In this document: positions 38,043 through 51,110 of the stretch, piece after piece | Numbering within the stretch: position 1 is the stretch's first letter | Layout of the letters: each line of letters begins with the position of its first letter | Assembly (NCBI RefSeq): GCF_009834535.1 | Contig: NC_045697.1 | Span: forward strand, 111,044,001 to 111,108,000 | Direction of reading: 5' to 3' | DNA: 64,000 nt | DNA from: Camelus ferus | Taxonomy: Eukaryota | Made by a program: the position numbers and the translations under genes | Notes under the pieces: model-generated | What the model saw: only the letters and a program-made list of their open reading frames with translations | What the model was told of the DNA's origin: nothing | Databases searched by the model: none

Positions 38043-39444
38043 GTAGCAAAAAGAAAAGTTGTTTTTAATCAGAATGCCTGCAATCTAGTGGACCCAGCAT
38101 CACCGCCCCCAAAAATCTCCAAAGATTCTGTGCAGCCCTGAAAGTTTGAAAGGGAAATGAAGGAATAATCTCAGCTAATCATTGAGGTAGGTGGTCAGAG
38201 TCATCCCATCCCCCAGGGCAGTGCCTGCAGGCTTGTCCTAATCCGCTGCGTGAGCCTGCTCTTCTGGGACCCAAACTGGCCTGGGAGACTTGAGCGTTTC
38301 CATCAGTAAGAGGCAGGGGTGGGGAGGGCTCCTGCTGTCTTTCAAAAGGCCTGAGACATTTCAATTGTTGATCGAATAGTGAAATTGCCTTTCAATAATG
38401 AGTATAATGAAACCACATCAAACAAACAGACGCAAGTTGATACCAGGAGAGTCTTATTAAAAGACACTTTTAGGATAACTCTAAGAAAATAAATCTCACG
38501 GAGAAGACCTGAAATGCATAAGGAATGATAGACATGGAAGTAAATTGTTCGATGAAAATTTCTACATAAAACTTGATAATAATGCCTAATTTAATGATGT
38601 GTAGGATTAAATATGGACAAGACTAGCATGTGTGATGGAAGGGAGTAGTGAGAGTCAAACCTCTAAAGTCCTTGTATAATCTAAAAATAGGGTAAAATTA
38701 AACTTTTTAAATGTATGTATGTGAAATTGTATAATAAGCCCTGAAAGGAATAAAAATAAATTCAAACTTTCAAACTACTAGAGGGATTAAAAAGTAGCAA
38801 GGAGAAAAAACAATCCAAAAGAAGTTAAGGAGAAAATAAAATAAGCATTATCATCATGTTGTAACATCTCTACAGTTTTTGTCAATTATATCTCAATAAA
38901 ATTGTGAAAAAGATTAAAAAACAGCTATAAGAGTAATACATAAAGAATATATATTTGCCCATTTTCTTTTTTGTTTTACTTTTGATTATTGTTTAAATAT
39001 GGAAAAAAGATAGAATAAGTAAATACTGAAAAAAGAACCCTTGATACAATATTAATATAACACTAATTGGACTTTAAGACAAAAAACATTACTAGACATA
39101 CATACCTATATAAAATATTTAATTTAGAAGGAATAAAGCTATTTTAATTTATAAGGATAAAGCTATTCTAATTTTTAAAAACAAAAAATTAACAAAAGTG
39201 AAAGAGAAACTTGACAAAGCAACCATCATAGTGAAATACCAAAGATCTCTCTCAGTAATTGTCACAGTAAGCAATAAAAATTATTTTGTGAAAATATTTC
39301 AGATTTTAATAGTACAATAAATGAGCTTTCTCTAAAGATATACATATATATTATATGTAACACTTAAAGGAAAAATACATTTTTTATACACACAAATATT
39401 AAAAAAACATAATAATTGATCATTTATGGTGCTAAAGACCTCAG

Positions 39445-39593
39445 CAGGAGTCAGCAAACTATAGCCAATAAATCCAGGCACACCTTTTCATTCACGTATT
39501 GTCTAGATTGCTTTTGAGCTGCAGTTGTGACAGTATTGCGTGTAAGCCTACAATATTTACTCTTTGTTCATTTAAGAAGTTTGCCAGCCTACT
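39445..39593 (+). mobile_element. MER58 (hAT-Charlie), internally deleted
   Basis: CAGGAGTCAGCAAACTATAGCC...CATTCACGTATTGTCT...AAGCCTACAATATTTACT...AAGTTTGCCAGCC. Confidence 0.85.
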
Positions 39594-39811
39594 CCTTCCT
39601 AACTCCCAGAAGAGCGTTTTCCTCCTCTGTTGCCTCTGAGATTCAACATAGTCTTCAAGATCAAGCTCAAAGTTCTTCTTAGGAAGCTTATCCAGAACTA
39701 CAACCATTTCTCTCCTTTTCCCCTGACCACTGCCATATCATTAAGGTTGATCCTAATACACATCTAGAGTAATCCTGTGCTTTCCAACAATTTTATGATT
39801 CAGGGCTCAAA

Positions 39812-39910
39812 CGGTAACACAAGTGTATACATATGTCCAAACTTACAAAATTGTACACATTAACTAGTGCAGTTTTGTTGTATAACAATTATACCTTAAT
39901 AAAGCTGGGA
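39812..39910 (+). mobile_element. Old L1 (L1MB/MC-type) extreme 3' end
   Basis: GTGTATACATATGTC...AATTGTACAC...AATTATACCTTAATAAAGC. Confidence 0.75.
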
Positions 39911-39941
39911 AAAACCCAGAGAGTAACACATGTTGGTGGGG

Positions 39942-40041
39942 NNNNNNNNNNNNNNNNNNNNNNNNNNNNNNNNNNNNNNNNNNNNNNNNNNNNNNNNNNN
40001 NNNNNNNNNNNNNNNNNNNNNNNNNNNNNNNNNNNNNNNNN
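39942..40041. other. Assembly gap (100 N placeholder)
   Basis: Run of exactly 100 N. Confidence 1.
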
Positions 40042-40559
40042 CAAAAACAAAACAAAAACAAAAAAACAAAAAACCCCCTAGAGACAAATGAAACAACCAA
40101 GCTGGGAAAAATAGTTAATGGTGAGCGGAAAATATAAAATTGTGTCCTGATGTCATAGCTTACACAGAACTCTAGATGGATTAAAGACTTAACTATAAAA
40201 AGCAAAATTTTTCAAAATTAAAGAATATACAGCCCATCTTATATAAGCTACAAACATTATTAAACATAAAGTAATGACAAATTAGAATACATATAACCTA
40301 AACAACTGTTCATCAAAAAAAAAATTAAAAAGCAAAATAATAATAACTAAAACAAATTTGCAACAGAAATAACCAACACAGGATAATTATTATAAACTAC
40401 ATATTGAATTTCTTACAAATGACTAAGAAAAAAACTACTTAGAAGAATGGGAAAATGTAGGACCATTAATCCTACAAGTAAACACATAGAGCCAATTAAA
40501 ATATGAGGTTTTCAGAATTTTTTGTAATTAACAAAATTCAAATCAAGACCATTACGAGC

Positions 40560-40768
40560 TACTATTTTGATTTTCATAAATTAAGAAATTTGGCAATAAA
40601 AATGTTGAAGAAAAATAAATCAGTGCTATTGCATACATATTATTACTGCAACTATAAATTGATACTATTTTGATTTTCATAAATTAAGAAATTTGGCAAT
40701 AAAAATGTTGAAGAAAAATAAATCAGTGCTATTGCATACATATTATTACTGCAACTATAAATTGATAC
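40560..40768. repeat. Perfect tandem duplication, 103-bp unit x2, inside an old L1 remnant (about 40090-40950)
   Basis: ACTATTTTGATTTTCATAAATT...CTATAAATTGAT at 40561-40663 is repeated at 40664-40766. Confidence 0.97.
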
Positions 40769-40952
40769 AACTACTTTGAAAAGCAATTTGTCATTATCTT
40801 ATAACTTTTAATATTTGCATATCCTATAACCCAGCATTTCCCGTCCTAGATTTATACCTAAGAAGATATGTGTATACCAGAATAGATGTAAGAGGTAACA
40901 TATATAACACTATTTTGTTAAAAAGCAAAATCTGACTATAATTAAAATATCC

Positions 40953-41263
40953 AGATGGCCAACAAACACATGAAAAGATGTACAACATCACTAATTGTTA
41001 AGAGAAATGCAAGTCAAAACTACAAGGAGGTATCACCTCACAACAGTCAGAATGGCCATCATTAAAAAGTCCAGAGACCATAAATGCTGGAGAGGGTATG
41101 GAAAAAAAGAAATCCTCCTACACTGTTGGTGGGAATGTAAATTGGTGCAACCACTATGGAGGACCGCATAGAGATTCCTCAAAAACTAAAATAGACTTAC
41201 CATGTGATCCAGCAATCCCACTCCTGTGCATATATCAGAGGAAAACATAATTCAAAAAGACAC
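40953..41263 (+). mobile_element. L1 ORF2 C-terminal fragment
   Basis: ATGGCCAACAAACACATGAAAAGATG...CACTGTTGGTGGGAATGTAAATTGG...GATCCAGCAATCCCACTCCTG; homologous to 46880-47185. Confidence 0.92.
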
Positions 41264-42935
41264 TTGGGGGTGGAGCCAAGATGTTGGAGTAGAGAGACTT
41301 ACAGCTCACCCTCTCTCACAAATACACCAAGAATTACATCTACAAACCCATCGCATCACACAGAACATCTACTGAATTCTGGCAGTGTCTGTCATTTCAA
41401 AATATAGGAGGAATTTCACAAAATCCAGTAAGAAAAAAAAGGAAAAAGAAAAAAAATCAGTGCAGGACCCGTCCTGCAGGAATGGAGTGGCATAGGAAGA
41501 CAGGCAATCTCACACTGGGAATCCCCCTCTCCAACTGGGAGGTCAACTGGGGACAGAAGTGGAGCTTCCGAGGCTCAGAGGAGAAAGTGACAGCGGAACT
41601 AAGGGAAACTGATGATCCCAGGTCATGGACGTGAGCTGGCAAGGACCAGCCAGGACTGGCTGCTGGAAATCAGTGAGGACCCCGGGCAGAGGGCTGGGGT
41701 CCGCTGCACAGAGGCAGCCTCAGGGGACTGGAAGGCAGTGTGAGCTCTGGCTGGGGGTATGTGCAGAACAGAACAGCCTGGGACCCACATAAAAAACACC
41801 ACTGTTGGTGTGTGTAAGGAGGAGGGGCACAATGCAGCAGGCTCATGGCCGCTTTGTCCACTTGGCTCCATTGTTTGTGTGTTCTTGTGAGAAGAGAGGT
41901 GGGGCTCAGTCATAGCCATCACTGCTGCACAGAGGCAGGGCTGAAGGCTGAACCCATAACCTGCGGCCCTGAAACTTCACAGGGCAGACTGAGATTTGTT
42001 TACAGCCCAAGGCAGAGAGGGCAGATATGCGCTCTCTGGACACTTTATACACCTGTGCTTCTGGGACTAACGAGCACTGAGTGGAGTCCTGACTCAAGCC
42101 AGGGCGTGACTATGGGTATTTACAACAAGCCTGCATACAGTACTGTATGCAGAGGTGGGGCAGGGGCCCGCGCCGACACTGTGGCACACCACATTGAGGA
42201 GTGCGAATGCACTGGTGGGGCTCAGAACCTGGGGGACACCAGAGCAGGTGGCCAACATTCCCACAGCTAAGGTGGGGACAAAGGCAGCATCAACAAAGAG
42301 TACTCAGTAAGCCCACGTAACAAGTGACAGACAACACCACAGAGGACATTTCCCAGGGGACATCTCCTGCCTACTCCTTCCCAGCTGAAGCGTCCCAACC
42401 CTGCCTACTACACACCACAGTTCAGAAATGGGTCTAGAAGCCTCTATTCCAGCAATAGGGAAGCAGACCAGGCCCCTGTCAAGGCTGTGACAACCACAGA
42501 ACAAAAAAAGAGGCAGCGCTCAACAACAACAATCAGAGCAGGCTCTGAACAACACAACACCAACCACACCACAAAGGGATAACAGCCAACACACATGGAA
42601 GAAAGATGTGGTAACCATCCATACAAAGAACGGCCGTTGCAACAAAACTATTAGATGCACACAGTCTACACAGGAAAGTGCTGACTTCAAATAAAAACAA
42701 ACAAACAAACAAAAAATAAAACAGCCATTCAAGACCACAAGATACTCCTAAATCCATAGAGCCAGACAAATATACGTAAAATGAAGAAGCAGAGGAACCA
42801 CTCCCAATTAAAAGAATAAGAGAAATCCCCTGAAAGAACAAACAATAAAATAGACCTTGATGTTCTAATAGATCATGACTTCAAAAAGGAAATGATCAAT
42901 GCAATAAAGGGACTGAAAGAGAGTAACAATAGATT
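41264..42935 (+). mobile_element. L1 5' end: GC-rich 5' UTR plus start of ORF1 (ATG at 42781), truncated
   Basis: Begins GGAGCCAAGATG (YY1-type L1 start). ORF1 reads MKKQRNHSQLKE*EKSPERTNN...DFKKEMI with a premature stop. Confidence 0.88.
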
Positions 42936-42939
42936 AAAT

Positions 42940-43385
42940 GAGTAAAGGAAGTGAGGAGGGATGAATTGGGAATTCAAAATTTGAAACTCTTGGGGAGTGA
43001 TGGAAATGTTAGCTGTCTTGATTGATTGTGGTGGTGGTTTCATTAGTGTATACATCTATCAAAATTCAAAAAATAAAAAATAAAAAGAAAACTTTTCTTC
43101 AGGTAAATAGCTAAATAGCTAATTAAATAAATAAATGAAACCATTCTTGAACTAAAAGAAAGTATGAGTTTTGCACAAAAAATTATTTATCAACAAAAAG
43201 AAATGAACTATTGATATACTCATGCATATATTTTGCTGCTGTCAGATTCCTGGGTTCCATACTGTACTATAGGTCAATAAAATGTAAATACTGGGGGAAA
43301 CTGGGCAAAGAGGACCCAGAACCTCTTTCTAATATCTTTACAACTTGCTGTGAATCTATATTTATTTCAAAATAAAATATAAGAA
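42940..43385 (+). mobile_element. Older L1 (L1MC/MD-type) 3' end fragments
   Basis: GGGAGTGATGGAAATGTT...GATTGTGGTGGTGGTTTC and GGGGAAACTGGG...GTGAATCTATATTTATTTCAAAATAAAA. Confidence 0.75.
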
Positions 43386-44021
43386 CAAACAATCAAAAAA
43401 GGCATGAAAGAGTAAAAAATTTATTTATTTATTTACTTATTTATTAGAAGTGATATAGAAAATAAATGAACAAGGCATTCACCATTGAAAGTACTGGGAA
43501 AAACTCAAATCCAGAGTTGTAACTTTTTTTACTTGGGGCCACTTTTGCCCCAGGGTCTCTGCCAATAACTGAAAAGATGGTTTAGACACTGAGCTGTGTT
43601 TATGCCATTAAAACAGTATTAGAGGAACACAGAACTCCAGCATCTACCAAGGTCAGGGGCCATGGAAACACCAGCTCTTTGGCTTCAGATCCTAAAGTCT
43701 GTACCCTAAAAATAAAGGTGGACTGCAGGCAAACCTCTAATCATTGGATGAGCCAGAAAATTCTCAGTCTTGTAAGGAAACATGAACTTGGACTGCTGGG
43801 ACCCTAAGTGCATGGGAGAAACAAAGGAAAACAAAATCCTTTCTGTGGGAAGATAAAATCATCCTTGCCCTCTCAATATTTCTACATCTAATACATAAGG
43901 ATACAGAAAGATCAAAAGGATTACAAAGGATATAATATTGCACATTAACCAAAAGAAAGAGGACTTCAGGCGAAAAAATAATCAAGAGGACAGAGGAGTA
44001 TTTCATAAGAATAAAAGGCTC

Positions 44022-44272
44022 TCATAAATTAGGAGCTTGAGATGAACAGATACACATTATAGTATATAAAATAGATAAACAACAAGGACCTACTGTATAG
44101 TACAGAGAGCTATATTCAGTTTCTTATAATAGCATGTAATAGAAAAGAATCTGAAAAAAAACATATACATATGTGTATGTAGAACTGAATCACTTTGCTG
44201 TACACCTGAATTAACACTGTAAATCAACTACACTTCAACAAAAAATAAAATCAAAAAATAAAATAAATAAAA
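44022..44272 (+). mobile_element. Short lineage-specific L1 3' end
   Basis: TAGATAAACAACAAGGACCTACTGTATAG...TCACTTTGCTGTACACCTGAA...A-rich tail. Confidence 0.9.
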
Positions 44273-44439
44273 TATTCATCAATAGGAGGATAAGTAAATA
44301 AATTTTAGTATATTTAGAATTAAATATTTTAGAGAAGTGAAAATTAGTTATATCCATATATCCATTATGAAAAATTATATGCAATGTAATGCTATTTAAA
44401 GTTTGAAAACAAGCAAAGATTTAAAAAAAAAGTGACCAA

Positions 44440-47400
44440 ATAAAAAAGGGTCAATGCTGAAATCAAAGAAGAAAATTAAAAATACCTTCAAACCATAACA
44501 ATGAAAACACAACCACACTAAACCTATGGGATGCAGCAAAAGCAGTTCTAATTGAAAAGGTCATAGTGATACGGGCCTTCCTCAAAACAATAAGAAAAAT
44601 CTCAAATAAACAACCTAACCTACCACCAAAAGAATTAGAAACAGGAAAACCAACAAAACCTAGACAGCAGAAGGAAAGAAATTATAAAGATCGGGGAGGA
44701 AATAAATAAAATAGAGATTAAAAAAATAATAAAACCAATTAATCACACCAAGAGCTGTTTTTTGTTTTTTTTTTTTTTTGAAAGAGTAAACAAAATTGAC
44801 AAACCTCCAGCCAGGCTCACTGAGAAGAAAAGAGAGAGGACAAAAATAAAGAAAATAAGAAAGGAAAATGGGGAATGAAAAAACCATAAGAGAATACTAT
44901 GAACAACTATATGGCAACAAATTGGACTACCTAGAAGAAATGGACAAATTTCTAGAAATGTACAGTCCATCAAACTTGAATCAAGAAGAAAAAAATAATT
45001 TGAACAGACTGATCACTAGAAGTGAAATAGAATCAATAGAAAAAAAAAGTGAAACTCTCTGCAAACAGAAGTCTAAGACCAGATGGCACTGGGGAATTCT
45101 ACCAAACATACAAAGAACTGACACCGATCCTTCTCAAATTCTTCAAAAAGATTAAATAGGAAAAAAACAGTCTGAAACTCATTCTATGAAGCCATCATCA
45201 CCCTGATACCAAAACCAAACAAAGATACTACCAAAAGAGAAAATTACAGGCCAATATCATTCACGAACATAGATGCAAAAATTCTCAACAAAATATTAGC
45301 AAACCAAATTCAACAACACATTAAAAAGATTATACACTATGATCAAGTTGGATTCATCCCAAGGACACAAGAATGGTTCAACGTAAACATATCAGTTGAT
45401 GTGATACACCACATCAACAAAAGAAAGGACAAAAAAAATCACATGATCATTTCAATAGTTGCAGGAAAAGCTTCTGATAAAATCCAACATTCATTCATGA
45501 TTAAAACTCTTACAAAATGGGTATAGAGGGAACATATCTTGACATAATAAAAGCTATTTATGACAAAACCAAAGTCAACATAACACTCAAAGGTGAAAAG
45601 CTTGAAGTCTTCCTGCTAAAATCTGGAACAAGACAAGGATGCCCACTCTTCACTGGAAGTCCTAGCAATAGCAATCAGACAAGAAAAATGAATAAAAAGG
45701 ATCCAAATTGAAAGGTAAGAGGTAAAATTTTCACTATATGCAGATGACATGAACTATATATAGAAAATCCTAAATACTCCATACAAAAACTACTAGAACT
45801 AATAAAGGATTCAGCAAGGTAGCAGAATACAAGATTCACATACAGAAATCTGTTGCATTTCTTTATACTAACAATGAAATACCAGAATGGGAAAGTAAAA
45901 AAAAAAAAAAAAAAAATCTCTTTTAAAATCTTATTAAAAAAACCCCAACAACTTAGGAATAAACCTGTCCAAGGAGGTGAAAGACTTATAGGCAGAGAAC
46001 TATAAATCATTGATTAAGAAAATTAAAGATGATTTTTGAAAATGGAAAGATATCCCATGATCTTGGATTGGAAGAATTGACATTGGCCATAATACTGAAA
46101 GCAATCAACAGATTTAATTGATCTCTATCAAATTACATAGGATAGTTTTCACAGAACTAGAACCAATAATCCTAAAATTTATATGGAAACATAAAGGACC
46201 CAGAATTGCCAAAACAATACTGAAGAAAAAGAACAAAGCTGGAGGAATAACCCTTTCAGACTTCAGACAATATTATAGAGCTACAGTAATCAAAACAGCA
46301 CAGTATTGCTACAAAAACAGACATATGGATCAATTGAACAGAATAGAGAGCCCAGAAATAAATACACAAAGTTTTGGTCAATTAATCTTTGACAAAGGAG
46401 GCAAGAACATACGACAGAGGAAAGACAGCCTCTTCAGCAAACAGTATTGGAAAAGCTGAATAGCCACATGTAAATCAATAAAGTTAGAACATCCCCTCAC
46501 ATCATACACAAAAATAAACTCAAAATGGATTAAAGACTTAAATATAAGACAAGACACTATAAACCTCCTAGAGGAAACCATAGGCAAAATATTCTCTGAT
46601 GTAAATATTAGGAATATTCTCTTACCAATGCAATAGAAATATAAGCAAAAATAAACAAATGGTACCTTATTAAAATTATAAGCTTTTCCACAGTAAAGGA
46701 AATTATAAACAAAATGAAAAGACAACATACAGAATAGGAGAAAATATTTGCAAATGATGTGACTGACAAGGGTGTATTTTCCAGACTATAGAAATAGCTC
46801 ATACAACTCAACAACAAAAATCCCAATCCAAAAACGGGCAGAAGACCTACACAAACATTTATCCAATGAAGACATACAAATGGCCAATAGGCAAATTTTA
46901 AAAATGCTCAATATTGGTAAGTATCAGTGAAATGAAACTACATTGAGGTATCATCTCATATCAGTCAGAATGGCCATCACTAAAAAGTCCGTAAGTGATA
47001 AATGCTGCAGAAGGTGTGGAGAAAAGGGAACCCTCCCACACTGCTGATGGGAATGTGGTTTGGTGCAGCCATTATGAAACACAGTATGGAGATTCCTCAA
47101 AAAACTAAAAATAAATTTACCATATGATCCTGCAATCCCACTTCTGGGCATATATCTGGAGGAGATTCTAATTTGAAAAGATACATGCTTTGGAAAAAAC
47201 CTAAATGTCCATTGATGGATGGGTGCATAAAGAAATTGTGGTATATTTATGCAATGGAATACTATTCAGCCATAAAAGGATAAAATCATGCCACATGCAG
47301 CAACATGGGTGGACCTAGAGATTGTCATACTAAGTGAAGTAAGTCAGAAAGAGAAAGAAAAATACCATATGATATTATTTATATGTAGAATCAAAAAAAA

Positions 47401-47745
47401 ATGATACAAATGAATGTATTTATAAAACTGCAGTGGGTTCACATACATAGAGAACTAACCTATGGTTACCTGGGGGGAAGGGAGGGTGGAGGGATAAATT
47501 GGGAGTTTGGGATTTCCAGATACTATTATATATAGAATAGATAAATATCAAGGTCCTACTGTAGAGCACAGGGAACTATGTTCATTGCTTTGTAATAGCC
47601 TATAATGAAAAAGAATATGAAAAGGAATGTATGTGTGTGTGTGTGTGTGTGTGTGTTTATAACAGAATAAGTATGCTGTACACCAGAAATTAACACAGCA
47701 TTGGAAACCAACTATATCTCAATAAAAAGTAAAATAAAATTTTAA
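44440..47745 (+). mobile_element. 5'-truncated L1 (about 3.3 kb): ORF2 from post-endonuclease region through RT and C-terminus, 3' UTR and polyA; inactivated
   Basis: ORF fragments [14 protein letters not shown] and [20 protein letters not shown] at 45737-45748; frameshifts and stops; ends CAATAAAAAGTAAAATAAAA. Confidence 0.97.
47629..47656. repeat. (TG)n microsatellite in the L1 3' UTR
   Basis: Directly visible. Confidence 0.95.
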
Positions 47746-47754
47746 AAGCTTGGG

Positions 47755-47915
47755 CTCAGAAGTGGCCTTCCTGGGTTTCAACTTCTGACTCCTATCTTTA
47801 CTTCTGTATGATTTGGGGCAATTTTCTCAGTTTCTCTGAGAGAAGGATGATCATGGTCATGGACTGTTAAATGGCTTAAAGTGTGTGAAGTGCTCAATAA
47901 ATACTAATCATCATG
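47755..47915 (+). mobile_element. MIR SINE
   Basis: CCTGGGTTTCAA...CTGTATGATTTGGGGCAA...AAGTGCTCAATAAATACT. Confidence 0.7.
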
Positions 47916-50384
47916 TTACCCCTGACATGTTACTTGCTCTGTCAATAGCTGACTTTTCCCATCTCCTCCTCCTCCTCGCCATGTGTGGACTGGGACAAAC
48001 AGACCTCAGCTTGTGCTTTCCCAGTTTCCAACATGAGTATGTCAGGAAGTGCCTTAATGAGGGTGGTGTCTGAAGCCTCAAATCTAGGGCTCTCTCTGGA
48101 TGTTCAGGGGAGCAAAATGGTTTCTCCCTAAAAAAGTAACCCTTCTCAAAACTGAAATCTCTGGATTTACGGGGGGCAACTTCTCTTCTCAATTATTAGT
48201 GTCAGAACACAAAAGGCAAACTGAAAAAAACAATACATATACCCACAAATTGTCATAGATCTTTGTCAACATGGGAATTAAAATAACCTGTTTTAGGGCA
48301 AGAGTTACTATGGTGCAATGGAAAGGGCTCTAGGTTAGTTGACTACTGGGATCTGGCTTATGTCATCTGAGCTCATGTCTTTTCCTGCAAACCTGGTCAG
48401 AATTGTTTTTCCAAGGTACTCCTGAGCTTCAAAATTTAGAGTCTTTAAGGAACAACCGAATGTCTTTCCTCAGTGGATGTGTTTTCACAGTGGACATGAT
48501 CGTGCACCAATTATCCTTGCACATTTGCCACTGTCTTCACCAAAGTCTCTGGACAAGCAGTAGCAGGTGATGGAGACACAGCTGAGTGAGTTTTTAAGGA
48601 TGGCCAGTTGGAAAAGACCCTTATTTCACCAGCCTGCAGCTGGTTTAACCAGCAAGATTTACTGTCCAAGTGTCCAGATTAAATTATTCATTTTTCCATT
48701 CGCTGTCTGAACACAGATAAAGCTCATGTGGCAGATAAAATCCCATGGTGTTAGCTAAGATGACATGTTAAAAGAAACATCGGTACTTTCTTAATAAGCA
48801 CTGCAAAAATGGAAGAACAGAATGGGAGAATTCACCCTAATACGTGTTTTAATGTGTGGTATTTCTTGTTGTTAGGGTAAAGAATAAGTTCTGTATCTGC
48901 TTTGCTCACATCCAAATGTGCTATGAAATTTTATTTATGTACTTGACAAATTCTCAAGTATAGCATCAGCCTTGCTAAAATACCCGTTGGCATGACATTG
49001 CACTTCCAAATTTAGTGTTACGGCTGACAGCATTTTTCCTGGGCTCTCAAAGAATGACCAGCAAAAATTTCACTGCATACATTTCCAAAGGATCTGATAC
49101 TTATTTTTCTCTTTTTAGAAAGTAAATTCCCTGAGTGTGAAACCGAAAAAACTTAGATACAACCTTTCACCTTATCAGGTTTTAAAAGAGGAAATAAATA
49201 TGTAAATATCATCCAGTTACATGTTAAAGTAATTTTGCCACTTGGAGGGATTAAAGTAAAATGAAGTTTAGCTTGGGAAAAGTCAAACATGGATACCTAG
49301 ACTCTAATAGCAACTTAGGAATTAAAATATTTTCATTAATTGTATGTGCTGATACCCAAAACAGAGTTTTACAATTCTTCCTGCTCTTAAATTTTTATGA
49401 AGAGGAAGGATAAGTGGAGATAAATATTTGAAGATCATGAATTGTAAAGACTATGTTCAAGCATAAAGTCATTAACAGGCAGCTTTAAAATTAAAATTAA
49501 AGCACTTAAGAATATTATCTGTGATCGAAATTAAATTGATATTTAATTTATATTGTTTACTGTGATAGTAACTTAGATTTTTAAAGTAAATATTACAGTG
49601 GAAAAAAAGTGAGTTGGGTATCCATTGATATTTGAATGTCAGCCTTTTTATTCTTCCAATTGAATCCAAGCTTCACTTTGGCTCTATGTTTCCATTTCAG
49701 TATCTACACTGTCACACTCATTTTTAAAAATAGTATCATAGTGCTATGCCAAGAAGCAAGTGCAATGCCAAACCTAGAACAATCTATAAAATCATGTTTA
49801 AGAAACAGCTGAATTGCTTATAAATGTCAAAAGCTGTAGGAGGAGTAGTAATTTTAAAATAATCACAACAAATCTTCTACTGCTTTGCTTACAAGATCTG
49901 AAATACCCTGAAGTCGATGTGGCCAAGAATAGGTTTATGTCTGGAAATCAAGACATCCATCTTCACTTACATTTATAAGCAAATACTGGTCTATGGTCTG
50001 AAGCAATGTATTAACTAGGCATTGTACATGTGACTTTGGATGTCATGCTCAAGAGTGCATTAATTGCTAGCTCTCTGCTGCCCATTAACTGGTACTTCTG
50101 TCTCTTGGGAAGCCTCGAGGAGGCCCGTGAACATCCAGCATCTTGTACAGACGTACCCAGCGCCCACCTCAGCCTAAGGCAAGTTTCTAAGCCTTTTGGG
50201 GGCTTTACTTACCACCAGAGAGAACAACAATGCTTTGAGTTAGCAACCCTAATGCACACCAGGAAAATTCCTACTCGGCAGTGTGAAGAATACAAAAAGG
50301 TCTAACTTACCGCAGAATTCTGACCAATATCCACCTGCTAATGAAGTTAATTCAACTGTTGTGTTCACATCAGCACAATAGGAA

Positions 50385-50560
50385 TGCTATGTGCCAGGCA
50401 TTGTGCTAAATACTTAATACAAAGTACGTCATGTCAATTCTTACAGTAACACTCTTTCAATCTAACCATTTAGGATTCAAAAAGGCTAAGCTATTTGCCC
50501 AAGTTCCCTTAACTAGTAAGTCATAGAATTGGGATTCCAAACCAATCTGTTTCCCATAAA
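50385..50560 (-). mobile_element. MIR SINE
   Basis: CTATGTGCCAGGCATTGTGCTAA...TTGCCCAAG...GGGATTCCAAACC. Confidence 0.75.
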
Positions 50561-50635
50561 GACTGTGATATTTGTGGTATTTAAACAACTCTTGTAGTTG
50601 TCTGTGACATAAAGTGAGGCCTTATTGGCGAAGAT

Positions 50636-51042
50636 TTTTTCCCAATGTTATTAAGATACAACTGACATATAATATTGTATTAATTTAAGGGAGGCAACAT
50701 ACTGACTTGATATATGCATACATTGCACAATGAATATCACAATAGGTTTAGTTAAAGTCCATCACCTTTCATAATTACAAGCTTTTATCTTGTGATGAGA
50801 ACTTCTCAGATGTACTCTCGCAGCTTTCAAATATATAGTACAGTGTGTTAACTCTAGTCACTGAGCTGCACATTACATCCCCAGACCCTACTTCTCTTCT
50901 AACTGGAAGTTTGTACCCTCTGGCCACCTGCATCCATCTGTTCTCTGTTTTTATCAGTTCAGGTTTTTGAATTCCACATATAAGAGAAATCAGAGCATAT
51001 TTGTCTTTGTCTGTCTAATTTCACTTAGTATAATGCCCTCAA
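50636..51042 (-). mobile_element. L1 3' UTR fragment (L1MA9-like)
   Basis: TTATTAAGATACAACTGACATA...CTTGTGATGAGAACTT...TTTCACTTAGTATAATGCCCTCAA. Confidence 0.88.
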
Positions 51043-51110
51043 TTGGCTTATTATATTAATTAGTCTACACAATATGCCTGATTAATAATTACTAATCAAT
51101 ACTTTTCATT

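Larger units (their letters stand above)
36200..39430 (+). mobile_element. Ancient L1 ORF1-to-early-ORF2 remnant interrupted by two ERV1 LTRs
   Basis: ORF1-like text reads across the first LTR (ATTAGCAAACTAGAAGAT|AAATATGAAGAAATT = ISKLED/KYEEI). Also AATAATATTTAGGCTGATATCTG and AATATCCTCAAAGTG. Confidence 0.65.

Noticed and set aside
41623..42841. Cluster of 60-141 aa ORFs in GC-rich sequence
   Set aside because: They lie in an L1 5' UTR, and GC-rich DNA yields chance ORFs. No recognisable homology.
44868..47151. L1 ORF2 fragments as an active reverse transcriptase
   Set aside because: Multiple frameshifts, stops and small deletions; 5'-truncated.
50207..50310. Two minus-strand GTAAGT donors
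   Set aside because: No matching strong acceptors; the hexamer is expected many times by chance.
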